From a bacterium (lineage in GTDB: Bacteria > Patescibacteriota > Minisyncoccia > UBA6257 > GWB1-50-10), in assembly GCA_021814165.1 (NCBI GenBank), contig JAKAIX010000002.1, forward strand, positions 69,371 to 133,370: 64,000 nucleotides of DNA, in the 5' to 3' direction. Made by a program: the position numbers and the translations under genes. Below are positions 61,590-64,000 of this stretch, one piece after another. Every line of letters begins with the position of its first letter. Position 1 is the stretch's first letter. The notes beneath the pieces are model-generated. The model was not told the origin of the DNA and searched no databases. It saw nothing but the letters and a program-made list of their open reading frames with translations.

Positions 61590-62306
61590 TTATTGGGATG
61601 TTTGCAAAGGAATAAAGAGCAACGACTTCGCGATTTCGAGCGGATTTAAGTTGTTCTGCGTAGCGGCGGAAATCTGGACGGTATTTTGCGAAATCGTTTT
61701 CGGGGTTCCCACGTTCAGGGTGAGCACGTTGCCTTTTGTGTCGACACGGCCTTCATTTACGGACCAGAAGAAGCTGAGATCGCTCAGCGAGCGAATGGAA
61801 AAGGAAAAAGGAATCGCCTCAACTGTTATTTGGGAGTCGGGTGCGACGGCGCCCGTCGGGGACTTGTAACTTAACACGACCTCCGGCGACACGATGGGAA
61901 TTTGAAGAGAATTTTGGAACGAGCCGTCTTTTGTTACTATGGTGGCGCGAACCGACGCGTAGCCGTCGTCTTCCTGCCCCGCATAGAAGGAAATAGTTTT
62001 GAGCCCGGTGCCCGACTTCAAAAATTCGTCATCAACGAACCAGCGAATCTCGGCGCCCGAAACGTCCATGAGTTTGTTGTTTTGAATAAGTTCAGCAGAC
62101 ACCACAATCTCGGTGTGTGGCGCGGGAAGCGGCTTCCCCGTAAAACCGGCGGGGATATAATTATTCGCCTCCCAAGTAATAATAACCTGGCCGTTCGTTG
62201 TCTGTGCGGAGGAAGGAGAAACAACCGAAAGAGAAATAACGGCAGCAAACGCAAGTAAGGAGAAGAATTTTGAAGTTTGAAATTTGGATTTTAGCATTGT
62301 CTTCAT
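61590..62306 (-). CDS. Hypothetical secreted protein
   Basis: Signal peptide ...FFSLLAFAAVISLSVVSPSSAQ; beta-rich. Confidence 0.4.
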   Translation of the reverse strand: MKTMLKSKFQTSKFFSLLAFAAVISLSVVSPSSAQTTNGQVIITWEANNYIPAGFTGKPLPAPHTEIVVSAELIQNNKLMDVSGAEIRWFVDDEFLKSGTGLKTISFYAGQEDDGYASVRATIVTKDGSFQNSLQIPIVSPEVVLSYKSPTGAVAPDSQITVEAIPFSFSIRSLSDLSFFWSVNEGRVDTKGNVLTLNVGTPKTISQNTVQISAATQNNLNPLEIAKSLLFIPLQTSQ

Positions 62307-62312
62307 TATACC

Positions 62313-62744
62313 CTACTTACCTCCCGCCGCCCCCGCGACACTCTCCGCGATAGCGAATTTTTCGGGGTGGTTGTGAATATAAGTCTCGGCGACGAACATA
62401 ACGGTGTTAATAAAGAGAGGAATCCAGGGAACGACGTTCGCAATCCCCTTGAATACAATCCTTCCTACCTTGGTTGCGTGGGGATCGTTTTTTGACTTAA
62501 GCCACAACCAAATTGTAAACGCAACGCCGTTCCTTAAAACCGGAGTTATTATCGCGCCTATTATCGTGTAGTCGAGCGCCAGACACATAGTGTCGGTGGT
62601 GAAGGTGTATATAAGCCCGACCATTATCTCGGAGGTAGTGAAGTCGTCCGGATTTGGTCCCGCGCTTCCGGAGTATGCCCCCTCTTTCTTTTTAAGGCTT
62701 TGCGTCCCGGAGGATTTGGTTGTTGTTTTCGGAAGCTCCGCCAT
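62313..62744 (-). CDS. Hypothetical small membrane protein, possibly VirB3-like by position (immediately downstream of the VirB4-like gene)
   Basis: Two hydrophobic segments. The VirB3 assignment rests on position only. Confidence 0.3.
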   Translation of the reverse strand: MAELPKTTTKSSGTQSLKKKEGAYSGSAGPNPDDFTTSEIMVGLIYTFTTDTMCLALDYTIIGAIITPVLRNGVAFTIWLWLKSKNDPHATKVGRIVFKGIANVVPWIPLFINTVMFVAETYIHNHPEKFAIAESVAGAAGGK

Positions 62745-62747
62745 GGT

Positions 62748-64000
62748 TTATTTTTGTTGCAACCCCTTAATCTCCATGATTTGTTCGGGGTTCGTGGTAA
62801 TGATCTGATCCTCCGTATAAGAAGGGATGATTTTAATCGCAACGTGCTTCAGTCCCGCAAAGAAAAGCCCTTCACCGATCCCGGCCTGGAGGAGAAATGC
62901 CGCCTCCCCCTCGGTAAGGCCGAACGCCTTGGTAAGAACCTCGATCGAGGTGGGGGATTGTTTTAGGAGTAACTGAAGCGAGGAGTTGGTGATAATCGGC
63001 TTCCCGTACTCCGATTTCAAGAAGTCGTCGACGTCCTGCGTGATAGTGACGACACCGAGATAATATTTTCGCGCTCTTTTTACAAGACCGAAAAGAAACG
63101 AGGCGCTGTCTTTGTGTTTCATCATAAGCCACGCCTCATCAATCACAAGCATCCGCTTTTTAAGTTCCGACCGGATGATGTTCCACACGAAGTTCAAAAT
63201 AATATACATCGCGATGGGACGAAGCTCTTCTTCGAGATCGCGGATTGAAAACACAATGAGCCGATTCTTAATATCGACGTTCGTGGGCGCATTAGTGAAA
63301 CCGGAGTAAGAGCCGTGGGTGAATTTATCGAGACGCTGACCGATACCGCGCCCGCCCTCGGTGTTCATAAGAATTGTTTGCAGGTCCTCGAGGAGCGGCG
63401 GGTTTAATTCCTTCATACTTCCGAAATTCTCCGCAGTAATGTCCCGCGAGGCATACGTCTCGGTGATCGCACGGTCGAGAAGCGATTCCTCCTCGGGGGT
63501 TATTTCTCCCAACATGAGTTTTACGAGACCCGTCAGGTTCAGGATATGAGACTTGAAGACATCCGCCGGTTCATCTCCTTCGGGAATAATCGGGATATCG
63601 AACGGATTAATGTGGCTCGGCGAAGTGAGTGAGATTTTGAAATAACTCCCCCCGATCGCATTCGCCAGGTTTTCATATTCGTTCTCCGGGTCGATCACGA
63701 TAACATTCGTGCCCACCATCATCGAGCGGAGAATCTGAAGCTTTGCCGCATATGATTTTCCGGACCCGGATTTCGCGAAGATGGTCATGTTCGCATTCTC
63801 AAGCGAATAGCGATCGAAAATAATCAAACTATTGTTGTGCATATTTACCCCATAGAGAATGCCTTTTTCCGAGGTAAGATCAGGGGAGATGAACGGAAAG
63901 AGCGATGAGGCGGGGCCCGTGTTCAAAGAGGTTCTCACCGCGAGTTCGTCAGATGCAAGCGGAAACACAGAGTTTAGCCCCTCGGATTGTCTGAAGAGTG
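62748..64000 (-). CDS. virB4: VirB4/TrbE-family type IV secretion ATPase, C-terminal portion (gene continues beyond the window end)
   Basis: Walker A IFAKSGSGKSYAAKL and Walker B MLVIDEAWL. The frame is open to base 64000; the track 'start' at 63968 is a GTG inside the gene. Confidence 0.7.
   Translation of the reverse strand, partial: LFRQSEGLNSVFPLASDELAVRTSLNTGPASSLFPFISPDLTSEKGILYGVNMHNNSLIIFDRYSLENANMTIFAKSGSGKSYAAKLQILRSMMVGTNVIVIDPENEYENLANAIGGSYFKISLTSPSHINPFDIPIIPEGDEPADVFKSHILNLTGLVKLMLGEITPEEESLLDRAITETYASRDITAENFGSMKELNPPLLEDLQTILMNTEGGRGIGQRLDKFTHGSYSGFTNAPTNVDIKNRLIVFSIRDLEEELRPIAMYIILNFVWNIIRSELKKRMLVIDEAWLMMKHKDSASFLFGLVKRARKYYLGVVTITQDVDDFLKSEYGKPIITNSSLQLLLKQSPTSIEVLTKAFGLTEGEAAFLLQAGIGEGLFFAGLKHVAIKIIPSYTEDQIITTNPEQIMEIKGLQQK

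Noticed and set aside
1-64000. CRISPR arrays, rRNA genes, transposases, integrases, phage structural genes
   Set aside because: I scanned for regularly spaced direct repeats, 16S/23S signatures and DDE or tyrosine-recombinase motifs and found none. The only mobile-looking DNA is the short MITE/REP-like repeats.

Overview
This 64 kb window is a gene-dense, mostly housekeeping chromosomal segment of a small-genome bacterium. The gene content suggests a Candidate Phyla Radiation / Patescibacteria-like organism, but that is inference from gene content only. Supporting content includes RNase J, a short HolA, PilB, a VirB4-type ATPase, peptidoglycan genes and an orphan sensor kinase. I call about 60 CDS, two tRNAs (Leu-CAG at 713-796; Arg-CCG at 34775-34846, minus strand), a tmRNA next to smpB, and the replication-origin neighbourhood (rpmH-rnpA-yidC-jag divergent from dnaA-dnaN, with DnaA-box-like 9-mers between dnaA and dnaN). 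Other recognisable genes are ileS, argS, trpS, the infC-rpmI-rplT operon, rpsT, ruvA/ruvB/ruvC, polA, tsaE, lexA, murA, murB, a Mur ligase, PBP1A, a ClpC-like ATPase, two Nudix hydrolases, GDPD, MFS and HAAAP-type transporters, and a histidine kinase. I saw no rRNA, CRISPR array, transposase, integrase or obvious phage genes. The things most worth a second look are: (1) three diversified about 590-aa cysteine-rich multi-zinc-ribbon paralogs (two in tandem plus one 8 kb away) with conserved termini and a duplicated 3'-end block, from a family I cannot name; (2) an IleRS carrying an inserted histidine-phosphatase (PGAM-superfamily) domain in its catalytic core; (3) an XRE-HTH fused to the N-terminus of MurA; (4) a membrane-anchored ClpC-like AAA+ ATPase; (5) an identical 17-nt direct-repeat motif in the lexA promoter and in a consensus promoter of a small membrane-protein operon (candidate SOS box and division inhibitor); (6) two families of short GC-rich palindromic / MITE-like repeats; (7) a tRNA-Arg with a duplicated 3' end flanking about 190 bp of structured GC-rich DNA; (8) a T4SS-like cluster at the right edge with a VirB2/TrbC-like pilin fused to a large Cys-rich ectodomain. 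All protein calls come from reading motifs by eye in the translations; no database searches were run.
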